Source of the DNA: an uncultured Geobacteraceae bacterium
GTDB lineage: Bacteria > Desulfobacterota > Desulfuromonadia > Geobacterales > Pseudopelobacteraceae
DNA: 64,000 nt
NCBI GenBank assembly: GCA_903876875.1
Contig: CAIRBT010000130.1
Span: forward strand, 9,431 to 73,430
Direction of reading: 5' to 3'
This document shows positions 9,633-17,157 of the stretch, piece by piece. The notes under the pieces were generated by a model that saw only the letters and a program-made list of their open reading frames with translations, did not search any database and was not told where the DNA came from. Positions within the stretch are counted from its first letter, which is position 1. The number at the start of each line of letters is the position of its first letter. A program made the position numbers and the translations under genes.

Positions 9633-10709
9633 GTGAAATTACTCTTGTGTATTGGACTCATGTTCTGTTTTTTATCAAACGCCGGGGCTGCCGATCTGGC
9701 TGTTTCATCTACTGGTATGCAGTTACTGACTGAAGATACTACCTGGAGTGGCACGGTAGTGATTAAGGGTTCGGTGGTGGTTGCTCCCCAGGCGACGTTA
9801 CGAATTTCCCCCGGTACGGTGGTGCGCTTCGAAGCAACGGCTCTCCCTGTGCTGCCGAGTCTCATCGTCCATGGACGTATCCTGGTGACAGGTACTTCGG
9901 ATCGCCCGATTACCCTGAGTGGCGGGGTGGCTGGAGCGAATCGTAGTTCCTGGGGGGGAGTTGTCCTGCTGTCGTCTGAAAAAAAGAATAGCATTGACCA
10001 GTGCCGCATTGAGGGGGCAGAAACAGCCCTTGATCTCCGCTACTCGGCCTTGACTCTGAAATCGACCGCCATTGTCCAGGCTGGTACGGCGATTCTAGCC
10101 ACTGATAGTGTGCTCCATATGACCGATGACACCATTACCGAGTGCGGTATGGGGGTGTCTGTGTCTACCTGTGAACTGGATGGCAAGAATATCACCATTG
10201 CATCCTGTCAACGGGGGGGGAAATTTATCCGGAGTGGCCTGTCTTTGAGCGGATTTAAGCTGTTTAATTGTCAACAGGCGGGTGTGGTGACCGACGGCAG
10301 CCGCATTAAAATAACCGGCGGTGAGTTTGTCGGTAATATGCTCGCTGCCCGTATCACTGGTGGTGAAGGGCAGATTTCCCAGACCCGTTTTCAGGATAAC
10401 CGGGAAACGGTTATCCATCTTTCTGGAGCCCGGATCAAGATTCAGCGCTGTCTTTTTACCGGTAATGCCAATACGGTGCTGCGTACCGAAGATGGACAGT
10501 CGCTTATCCTGAACAACAGTTTTGTCTCCAATGGAGGCTTCAATCTGTATAATGTTGGTCGGGAGGTGATTGCCGCCTGGCAGAACTGGTGGGGTACCAC
10601 CGATCCGGTGCAGATTGGCTTGAAAATTTATGACGCTACCACCGATAAAACCGTCGCACCGGTGAGGTATGCACCGTGGTTGACGGAAAAACCGCTTCTG
10701 CTGCTGTAA
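9633..10709 (+). CDS. Secreted right-handed parallel beta-helix repeat protein (NosD/CASH-like)
   Basis: AAGGAG at 9621-9626 lies 6 nt upstream of GTG 9633. Signal peptide VKLLLCIGLMFCFLSNAGAADL. Repeated approximately 22-aa beta-helix turns (G..I..S.....). C-terminal NWWGTTDP motif. Confidence 0.75.
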   Translation: MKLLLCIGLMFCFLSNAGAADLAVSSTGMQLLTEDTTWSGTVVIKGSVVVAPQATLRISPGTVVRFEATALPVLPSLIVHGRILVTGTSDRPITLSGGVAGANRSSWGGVVLLSSEKKNSIDQCRIEGAETALDLRYSALTLKSTAIVQAGTAILATDSVLHMTDDTITECGMGVSVSTCELDGKNITIASCQRGGKFIRSGLSLSGFKLFNCQQAGVVTDGSRIKITGGEFVGNMLAARITGGEGQISQTRFQDNRETVIHLSGARIKIQRCLFTGNANTVLRTEDGQSLILNNSFVSNGGFNLYNVGREVIAAWQNWWGTTDPVQIGLKIYDATTDKTVAPVRYAPWLTEKPLLLL

Positions 10710-10718
10710 GGAGCTGTC

Positions 10719-11858
10719 GTGTATCTCGATAACGCCGCAACAACATATCCAAAACCGGATTCTGTGTATGAGCGGGTGCTGCATACTATGCGCGAAGTCG
10801 GTGGTTCCCCCGGCAGGGGGGGGCATCGACGCTCCCTTGAGGGGGGGCGGTTACTTTTTCAGGCTCGTGAGGCGGTGGCCGATTTTTTTGCCATCAGTGA
10901 TTCCTCCCGCGTTCTATTTACTCATAACGCAACGGAAGCACTTAATGTGGCTCTCCATGGTGTTCTGGTGCCTGGTGATCATGTCATAACCACCTCCATG
11001 GAGCATAACTCACTGTTACGCCCCCTGAACAGCTTGGCTGCAACGGGTGTTGAGGTGACCATCGTCCCGGCGGCCGCCAACGGGGTTGTATCGGTTGAGG
11101 ATATTCGCCGGGCTCTGCGACCACAGACACGCATGATTGCGGTCAGTCACGTTTCGAATGTCTGTGGTGCCATACAGCCGTTGGCCGAGCTGGCCGAAGT
11201 AAGTCGGGCGGCCGGAACGTTTTTTCTGGTAGATGGAGCCCAGTCAGCCGGGTATCTTCCCCTTGACGTGACTCGACTTGGCATAGATCTGTTGGCGGTG
11301 CCTGGCCATAAGGGACTGCTTGGGCCGGTTGGAACCGGTTTTTTATACGTTGCACCCTCCGTATCCCTGAGGCCGCTGCTCCAGGGGGGCACCGGAACCA
11401 ATTCAACCGAACTGAACCAACCGTTGGTGATGCCGGACGGTTTTGAGGCGGGAACCCACAATCTCCCCGGCATCGTCGGCCTACAAGCCGGTCTTGATTT
11501 TATCCTGAACCGGGGGATTACTGCTCTTCACGACCACAAGCAGGCACTGCTGTGTCAGGCTCAGCAGGCATTAAGTCGCATACCGGGGGTGACGATTCAT
11601 GGCCCGGCCGATCCGGCTGAACGCTGTGCGGTACTTTCCTTCTCCGTTGCCGGTGTGGATGGGTCCCGTCTGGCAACCGAGCTTGACCAAGACTATGATA
11701 TTGCCGTGCGGGCGGGGCTGCACTGTGCCCCCCTGGCCCATGGTACCCTGGGAACCTTTCCGGCCGGTACGCTCCGCATAAGTCCCGGTTGGTCAACAAC
11801 CGGCGAAGAGATTGCATTTTTTTCCGATGCCGTTGTACAATGCCTCGCTAAATTTTAG
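10719..11858 (+). CDS. Class V aminotransferase-fold PLP enzyme (cysteine desulfurase / selenocysteine lyase family)
   Basis: YLDNAATTYPKP N-terminus, the SHVSNV.G block, and PGHKGLLGP carrying the PLP lysine. AAGGAG sits before the GTG start. Confidence 0.85.
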   Translation: MYLDNAATTYPKPDSVYERVLHTMREVGGSPGRGGHRRSLEGGRLLFQAREAVADFFAISDSSRVLFTHNATEALNVALHGVLVPGDHVITTSMEHNSLLRPLNSLAATGVEVTIVPAAANGVVSVEDIRRALRPQTRMIAVSHVSNVCGAIQPLAELAEVSRAAGTFFLVDGAQSAGYLPLDVTRLGIDLLAVPGHKGLLGPVGTGFLYVAPSVSLRPLLQGGTGTNSTELNQPLVMPDGFEAGTHNLPGIVGLQAGLDFILNRGITALHDHKQALLCQAQQALSRIPGVTIHGPADPAERCAVLSFSVAGVDGSRLATELDQDYDIAVRAGLHCAPLAHGTLGTFPAGTLRISPGWSTTGEEIAFFSDAVVQCLAKF

Positions 11859-11910
11859 TAAACTATTTCCGGTGATGTACACCGCCACTACCCAGACAGG
11901 AGAGCATTCT

Positions 11911-13227
11911 ATGAAAAACTTCATTCTCGATACTAATGTCTTACTGCACGATCCCCAGTCGGTGTTCAAATTTCAGGATAACAACATCATAATTCCGATT
12001 ACCGTTATTGAAGAAGTTGACCGATTCAAGAAAGATATGAATGAAACCGGGCGCAATGCCCGCATGGTCTCCCGTATTCTGGATTCCATGCGGGAAAAAG
12101 GCTCCCTGGCTGCCGGTGTGTCAACCCCCGGTGGTGGGGTATTACGTATCGAGATGTTTGCGGAAAAATACTTCAAAAATCTGCCGGTTGATTTGCGGGT
12201 GGATAACGGGGATAACCGGATTATTGCAGTAGCCCAGGCGGTTCATGACCGTTCTCCCGATACTTCCACCATCTTTGTCACCAAGGACTCCAACCTGCGG
12301 ATCAAGGCCGATGCCATCGGGCTGTTCGCCGAAGATTACGAGTCGGACAAGGTGGATATTCAGGATCTCTATTCCGGTACCCGCACCATTGAAGTGTCGG
12401 CGGAAGCGGTGGATCGCTTTTATGGTCAGGGGTGGCTGGAAGCACCGGGTGAGCTGGCTCCCAACGAGTTTATCACCATCGTTGACAGTGCCAATCCGAA
12501 TCACTCCGCCATCTGCCGCAGTGATCTGGCCAATTCCCGTATCGTTCCGGTTCGCAAGGTACCGAAGGAGGGGATCTGGAGCCTGTTCCCCCGCAACCGG
12601 GAGCAGTCCTTTGCCCTTGATGTGCTGATGGACGATAGTATCAAGCTGGTTACCCTGGTAGGAAAAGCCGGAACCGGTAAAACCCTGCTGGCCATTGCCG
12701 CCGGCCTCCATAAAACCGCCGAAGAGAATGTCTATAACCGTCTGCTGGTGTCCAGACCGGTCTTCCCCATGGGGAAGGATCTGGGCTTTCTGCCGGGCGA
12801 TATCGAGGAAAAACTGACCCCCTGGATGCAACCGATTTTTGATAATGTAGAATTGTTGATATCGGGCCATGAATCGGAAAAACGGCACAGTAAGGGGTAT
12901 AAGGAACTGATGGCCATGGGATTATTGGATATCGAACCCTTAACCTATATTCGTGGCCGTTCCATTCCCAATCAGTATCTGATTGTCGATGAAGCTCAAA
13001 ACCTGACCCCCCATGAGATTAAGACCATTGTCACCAGGGTGGGGGAGGGAACGAAAATTGTGCTGACCGGCGACCCGTACCAGATTGATAATCCCTATGT
13101 AGATTCGTCAAGTAACGGCCTGACCTATCTGGTGGAAAAATTCAAGGGTGAGCGGATTGCGGCCCATGTAACCTTGACCAGAGGTGAGCGTTCAGAGCTT
13201 GCCGAACTTGCCGCAAACCTGCTGTAG
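11911..13227 (+). CDS. PIN-domain + PhoH-like ATPase (YlaK family)
   Basis: The start is at M34 of the ORF, after an AGGAGAG ribosome-binding site. PIN N-terminus FILDTNVLLHDP. PhoH Walker A GKAGTGKT, plus IVDEAQNL and GDPYQID. Confidence 0.9.
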   Translation: MKNFILDTNVLLHDPQSVFKFQDNNIIIPITVIEEVDRFKKDMNETGRNARMVSRILDSMREKGSLAAGVSTPGGGVLRIEMFAEKYFKNLPVDLRVDNGDNRIIAVAQAVHDRSPDTSTIFVTKDSNLRIKADAIGLFAEDYESDKVDIQDLYSGTRTIEVSAEAVDRFYGQGWLEAPGELAPNEFITIVDSANPNHSAICRSDLANSRIVPVRKVPKEGIWSLFPRNREQSFALDVLMDDSIKLVTLVGKAGTGKTLLAIAAGLHKTAEENVYNRLLVSRPVFPMGKDLGFLPGDIEEKLTPWMQPIFDNVELLISGHESEKRHSKGYKELMAMGLLDIEPLTYIRGRSIPNQYLIVDEAQNLTPHEIKTIVTRVGEGTKIVLTGDPYQIDNPYVDSSSNGLTYLVEKFKGERIAAHVTLTRGERSELAELAANLL

Positions 13228-13236
13228 GCCCACTCC

Positions 13237-14259
13237 ATGCGCCTGCTTGCCATTGAAACTTCCTGTGATGAAACTGCCGCTGCGGTAGTGGAGGGGGGAC
13301 GGACTATCCTCTCCTCGGTGGTCTCTTCCCAGATCGCCATCCATGCCGCTTATGGCGGGGTTGTGCCTGAAATCGCCTCCCGTGCCCATCTGGAGTCGAT
13401 TGCTCCGGTCATCACCCAGGCTCTCGACACGGCGGGTGTTACCATGGAATCCTTGCAGGGGGTGGTGGCCACACGGGGCCCCGGCTTGTCCGGTGCCTTA
13501 CTGGTCGGTTTCTCTGTCGCCAAGGCCATTGCGGTAGCGCGGAAAATCCCCTTTGTCGGGGTACACCATATTGAAGGCCATCTCTGTGCTGCCTTTCTTG
13601 AACAACCGGTGCAGTTTCCCTTTCTGGCACTGGTGGTGTCCGGTGGCCATACCCATCTCTACCACGTTGAGGGGATCGGCCGCTATACAACCCTGGGGAG
13701 AACCATTGATGACGCGGCCGGCGAAGCTTATGACAAATGTGCCAAGATACTAGGGATGCCCTATCCCGGCGGAGCCTTGATTGATCACATGGCCGCTGAG
13801 GGTAATCCGGCGGCGGTGAAGTTTCCCCGTCCGTTATTACGGGACGGAACCCTCAACTTTAGTTTTAGTGGCTTGAAAACCGCCGTATTGCAGCATGTGG
13901 CCAAGCATCCGGTGGCTATTCCGGGGCAGGAAGCCAATGACCTCTGTGCCTCGTTTCAAGAGGCGGTCTGCCACGTTCTGGCGGCAAAAACGGAAACAGC
14001 CATTCGGCAGACCGGTGCCGTTCGACTGGTTGTTGCCGGTGGGGTTGCCTGCAACAGCGGGCTCCGAAAACGCATGGCCGCACTCTGTGCAGAGCTGGGG
14101 GTTGAACTGCATATCCCCCCTCCCTCCCTGTGCGGTGATAATGCCGCCATGCTGGCGGTGCCTGGTAATTACTATCTGACCCACGATCTTGCCTCTCCCC
14201 TCTCTCTGGACGTTACCGCCTCCTGGGACATGGATCGCATTAAGGAACAACTGCCATGA
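13237..14259 (+). CDS. tsaD: tRNA N6-adenosine threonylcarbamoyltransferase
   Basis: LAIETSCDETAAAV, the HH.EGH motif (GVHHIEGH) and VAGGVACN. 340 aa. Confidence 0.95.
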   Translation: MRLLAIETSCDETAAAVVEGGRTILSSVVSSQIAIHAAYGGVVPEIASRAHLESIAPVITQALDTAGVTMESLQGVVATRGPGLSGALLVGFSVAKAIAVARKIPFVGVHHIEGHLCAAFLEQPVQFPFLALVVSGGHTHLYHVEGIGRYTTLGRTIDDAAGEAYDKCAKILGMPYPGGALIDHMAAEGNPAAVKFPRPLLRDGTLNFSFSGLKTAVLQHVAKHPVAIPGQEANDLCASFQEAVCHVLAAKTETAIRQTGAVRLVVAGGVACNSGLRKRMAALCAELGVELHIPPPSLCGDNAAMLAVPGNYYLTHDLASPLSLDVTASWDMDRIKEQLP

Positions 14260-15107
14260 GTGCCCTTCGTCGCCCCCTGAAATCCCTCGGTCAGAATTTT
14301 TTGGTTGATGGGAATATTATTGATAGAATTATTGACGCTGCTGACATTCATCCCGCTCAGCCGGTTCTTGAAATCGGGCCGGGGCGGGGTGCCCTGACCA
14401 GCCATCTTGCCGAACGAGCCGGACGCTTGATGCTGATTGAATTTGACCACGCCCTGGCTGCCTGGCACCGACAGCAGTTTGCCACCACCCCCACCGTTTC
14501 GGTGGTTGACGGTGATGTGCTCAAGGTCGATCTGGCGGTACTGCTCGCTGAATCGCCGGAGAGATGGAATGTGGTCGCCAATCTCCCCTATAACATTTCC
14601 ACCGAGGTACTGTTTCGCCTCTATAACGTCCACAGCCGACTTGAGCGGATGACCCTCATGCTGCAAAAGGAGGTTGGTGACCGCCTGGTCGCTCCCCCCG
14701 ATTGTTCGGCCTATGGCGTAACCACCGTGCTGCTCGGTCTCTGGTTTGACATCAGCCGGGTCATTGTCGTGCGTCCCGGCAGTTTTCACCCCAGTCCCAA
14801 GGTTGATTCCGTCGTACTCTCCTTTGTGCCGCTGTCTGAACCACGGGCTGAGGTGGGGGATGAAGACCTGTTCCGAGCCGTGGTTAAAAGTGCCTTCTCC
14901 ATGCGCCGTAAAACTTTGTCGAATTGTTTGAAATCGGCTGAGTTCAGCTCCATAATCTCCTCCGGGGAACTGCTGGAGTTGTGTGGCATTGATGGCCGAC
15001 GCAGGGGGGAAACCCTCTCCCTTGAAGAGTTTGCCTTGTTATCCCGTACCCTGAGCGAAATGCTGGGTGCTGCTGCTCTCGGAGGTGGCCATGATTCTGG
15101 AAATTAA
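14256..15107 (+). CDS. rsmA: 16S rRNA (adenine1518/1519-N6)-dimethyltransferase
   Basis: LGQNFLVD, EIGPGRGALT and NLPYNIS motifs. ATGA overlap with tsaD. Confidence 0.95.
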   Translation: MSALRRPLKSLGQNFLVDGNIIDRIIDAADIHPAQPVLEIGPGRGALTSHLAERAGRLMLIEFDHALAAWHRQQFATTPTVSVVDGDVLKVDLAVLLAESPERWNVVANLPYNISTEVLFRLYNVHSRLERMTLMLQKEVGDRLVAPPDCSAYGVTTVLLGLWFDISRVIVVRPGSFHPSPKVDSVVLSFVPLSEPRAEVGDEDLFRAVVKSAFSMRRKTLSNCLKSAEFSSIISSGELLELCGIDGRRRGETLSLEEFALLSRTLSEMLGAAALGGGHDSGN

Positions 15108-15702
15108 CCCGGAGCATCCCCAACCCCACCAGATTTCCCGCGTGGCCGATAGTCTGAAAAACGGTGGTGTCATCGCCTATCCCACTGATACCACCTATGG
15201 CATTGGCTGCTCGATATTCTGTAAGAAAAGTATCGAACAGATTTACCAGATGAAACTACGGGATAAACGCAAACCTTTTTCCGTTATCTGTTCCTCGTTG
15301 TCGGAAATATCACAGTATGCCCGGGTCAGTAACTCAGCTTTTAAAATTATAAAACGCTACGTGCCAGGCCCCTATACCTTTGTTTTTGAAGCAACACGTG
15401 AAGTTCCTGACCTACTGCTTACCCGACAGAAAACGGTTGGCATCCGTATACCGGACAACCGGATCTGTCTTGCTCTGGTGACGGCTCTCGGTAACCCGAT
15501 TATTACTACCAGTGCCAATATATCCGGTGAAGAGCCGGTTGGCGATCCCCGCATTATTTCCGATACCTTTGGCAATCGACTTGACTATATCATTGATGGC
15601 GGGGTGCTGCCCACCGATGTGAGCTCTGTCGTAAGCCTGATCGGGAGCGTTCCCGAAGTCCTCCGGGTTGGTCTTGGTGATGTCGAATGGTGCGGAAAAT
15701 GA
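15091..15702 (+). CDS. tsaC: L-threonylcarbamoyladenylate synthase (YrdC/TsaC type, no Sua5 C-domain)
   Basis: GGAGG at 15081-15085 precedes ATG 15091. GGVIAYPTDTTYGIGC, KLRDKRKPFSV and SANISGE motifs. Confidence 0.9.
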   Translation: MILEINPEHPQPHQISRVADSLKNGGVIAYPTDTTYGIGCSIFCKKSIEQIYQMKLRDKRKPFSVICSSLSEISQYARVSNSAFKIIKRYVPGPYTFVFEATREVPDLLLTRQKTVGIRIPDNRICLALVTALGNPIITTSANISGEEPVGDPRIISDTFGNRLDYIIDGGVLPTDVSSVVSLIGSVPEVLRVGLGDVEWCGK

Positions 15703-15712
15703 AGGGGGAACG

Positions 15713-16993
15713 GTGAAATTTCCCCTGTTCCAGCGTACGGATACCGGCTCTCTGCAGGGGGCTGTTCAGGGTAAGACTCTGGCTACGTTTCGCACTATCT
15801 ATGGCATCTACCGTAACTTCACCTCCCATCAAGGCCCCATGCGGGCTGCCGCACTTACCTATACAACGGTGCTCTCCCTGGTGCCGTTTCTTGCCATAGC
15901 CTTTTCCGTTTTAAAAGGACTTGGTGCCCAGAATTCACTTGAGCCGATGATACAGAATATTGCCGGTGATTCCCGGGAAATGGTGTCACGTATTATTGCC
16001 TATGTGAATAATACCAATATGAAGTCCCTAGGTGCCATCGGCCTGATTATGCTGATTGTCACCGTCATATCGCTCATGGAGAGTATTGAAGTCGCCTTTA
16101 ATGCGGTGTGGGGGGTACGGGAAACACGCTCTCTTCAACGACGTTTCAGTGACTATCTGAGCGTTGTGGTGGTCGGTCCGATTCTGCTGGTGGCTGCAAC
16201 CAGTATGACCTCCTCGCTGCAAAGCCAATGGTTGTTGCAGTGGTTGATTGTCAATACCTATCTGGGCGATGCCATATTACTGCTGTTCCGCTTTTTGCCC
16301 TACCTGAGCGTCTGGGTTGCCATGACGTTCCTCTATATGTTTATTCCGAATATCAGGGTGCGCTTTGTCTCGGCAGTAACGGGTGGTGTGGTGGCAGGAA
16401 CGGCCTGGCAACTGGCCCAATGGGGCTATTTTCATTTTCAGGTCGGCGTGGCTAATTACAATGCCATCTATGGAACCCTGGCCGCCGTTCCGGTCTTTCT
16501 TGTCTGGGTGTATACCAGTTGGCTCATCGTACTGATGGGGCTTGAGATTGTTGCGGCCCATCAGCACCATGGCGTCGGAGGGACACCTTTTGTCCCGTTG
16601 CAGCTTTCTGCCGCAGGGCGCGAAGTGTTGTCGGTGGCTCTTTTACTGCATATTACCGGCAACTTTGTGAAAGGTTCTCCCCCCCCGGTCAGTGATGAGC
16701 TGGCCGTACAGCTTGGTGTACCGCTGCTGCCGGTGCAAGCTGTTCTGGAAGAGTTGGCCTCGTGTGGTTACGTGGTACCGGTGGCAGGTACCGGTGGCGG
16801 GTGGTTACCGGCGCGGGATCCCGGGGAAATTCAGGTGAATGATATTCTTGATGCAGTGCGGGGTACTGCATTCCCCGGCGCACTTTCCCCCGCTGTTCAG
16901 CGTGCTGCACAGGTGGTCGCACAGAGATGGCGCGGGGGACTGCCCGCACTGGAGCGGTTGTCCCTACGGGAGCTTTTGGAGAAAAGCGTTTAG
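15713..16993 (+). CDS. YihY/BrkB-family inner-membrane protein with C-terminal soluble extension
   Basis: AAALTYTTVLSLVPFL, six or more hydrophobic spans, and the YG.LAAVPVFLVWVY motif. The start was chosen at GTG 15713, after GGGGGA and downstream of the tsaC stop. Alternative start: 15680. Confidence 0.8.
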   Translation: MKFPLFQRTDTGSLQGAVQGKTLATFRTIYGIYRNFTSHQGPMRAAALTYTTVLSLVPFLAIAFSVLKGLGAQNSLEPMIQNIAGDSREMVSRIIAYVNNTNMKSLGAIGLIMLIVTVISLMESIEVAFNAVWGVRETRSLQRRFSDYLSVVVVGPILLVAATSMTSSLQSQWLLQWLIVNTYLGDAILLLFRFLPYLSVWVAMTFLYMFIPNIRVRFVSAVTGGVVAGTAWQLAQWGYFHFQVGVANYNAIYGTLAAVPVFLVWVYTSWLIVLMGLEIVAAHQHHGVGGTPFVPLQLSAAGREVLSVALLLHITGNFVKGSPPPVSDELAVQLGVPLLPVQAVLEELASCGYVVPVAGTGGGWLPARDPGEIQVNDILDAVRGTAFPGALSPAVQRAAQVVAQRWRGGLPALERLSLRELLEKSV

Positions 16994-17076
16994 CTGTTTT
17001 TTGGGTCTGTGTTGTCTGGTTAGTAAAATACAATGAGGATAAGCTCTGTCTTATCCCCTCATCCGGCCTGCGGTCA

Positions 17077-17131
17077 CCTTCTCCCCGAGGGAGAAGGGAA
17101 GTGGGTTTGTCCTTCTTCCTGAGGGAGAAGG
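17077..17131. repeat. Two tandem copies of a short inverted repeat (REP-like)
   Basis: CCTTCTCCC-cga-GGGAGAAGG (17077-17097) and CCTTCTTCC-tga-GGGAGAAGG (17111-17131), 34 bp apart, lie in the yihY-sucA spacer. Confidence 0.7.
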
Positions 17132-17157
17132 TTATATTCATAGTGGAGATTATACAC

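Noticed and set aside
10095-10826. 243-aa ORF on the minus strand.
   Set aside because: It lies entirely antisense to the well-supported beta-helix and aminotransferase genes. Its composition is Arg/Gly/Pro/His-rich and low-complexity, which is typical of a shadow frame. No ribosome-binding site and no motif.
12142-12888. 248-aa ORF antisense to the PIN-PhoH gene.
   Set aside because: Shadow ORF opposite a gene with clear Walker A and PIN motifs. No recognisable domain.
16927-17157. 77-codon N-terminal extension of the sucA ORF.
   Set aside because: It overlaps the yihY 3' end and reads through two REP-like hairpins. A GGAG ribosome-binding site precedes ATG 17158, where SucA homology (MDSRFIAALPEGYFDSLYREW) begins.
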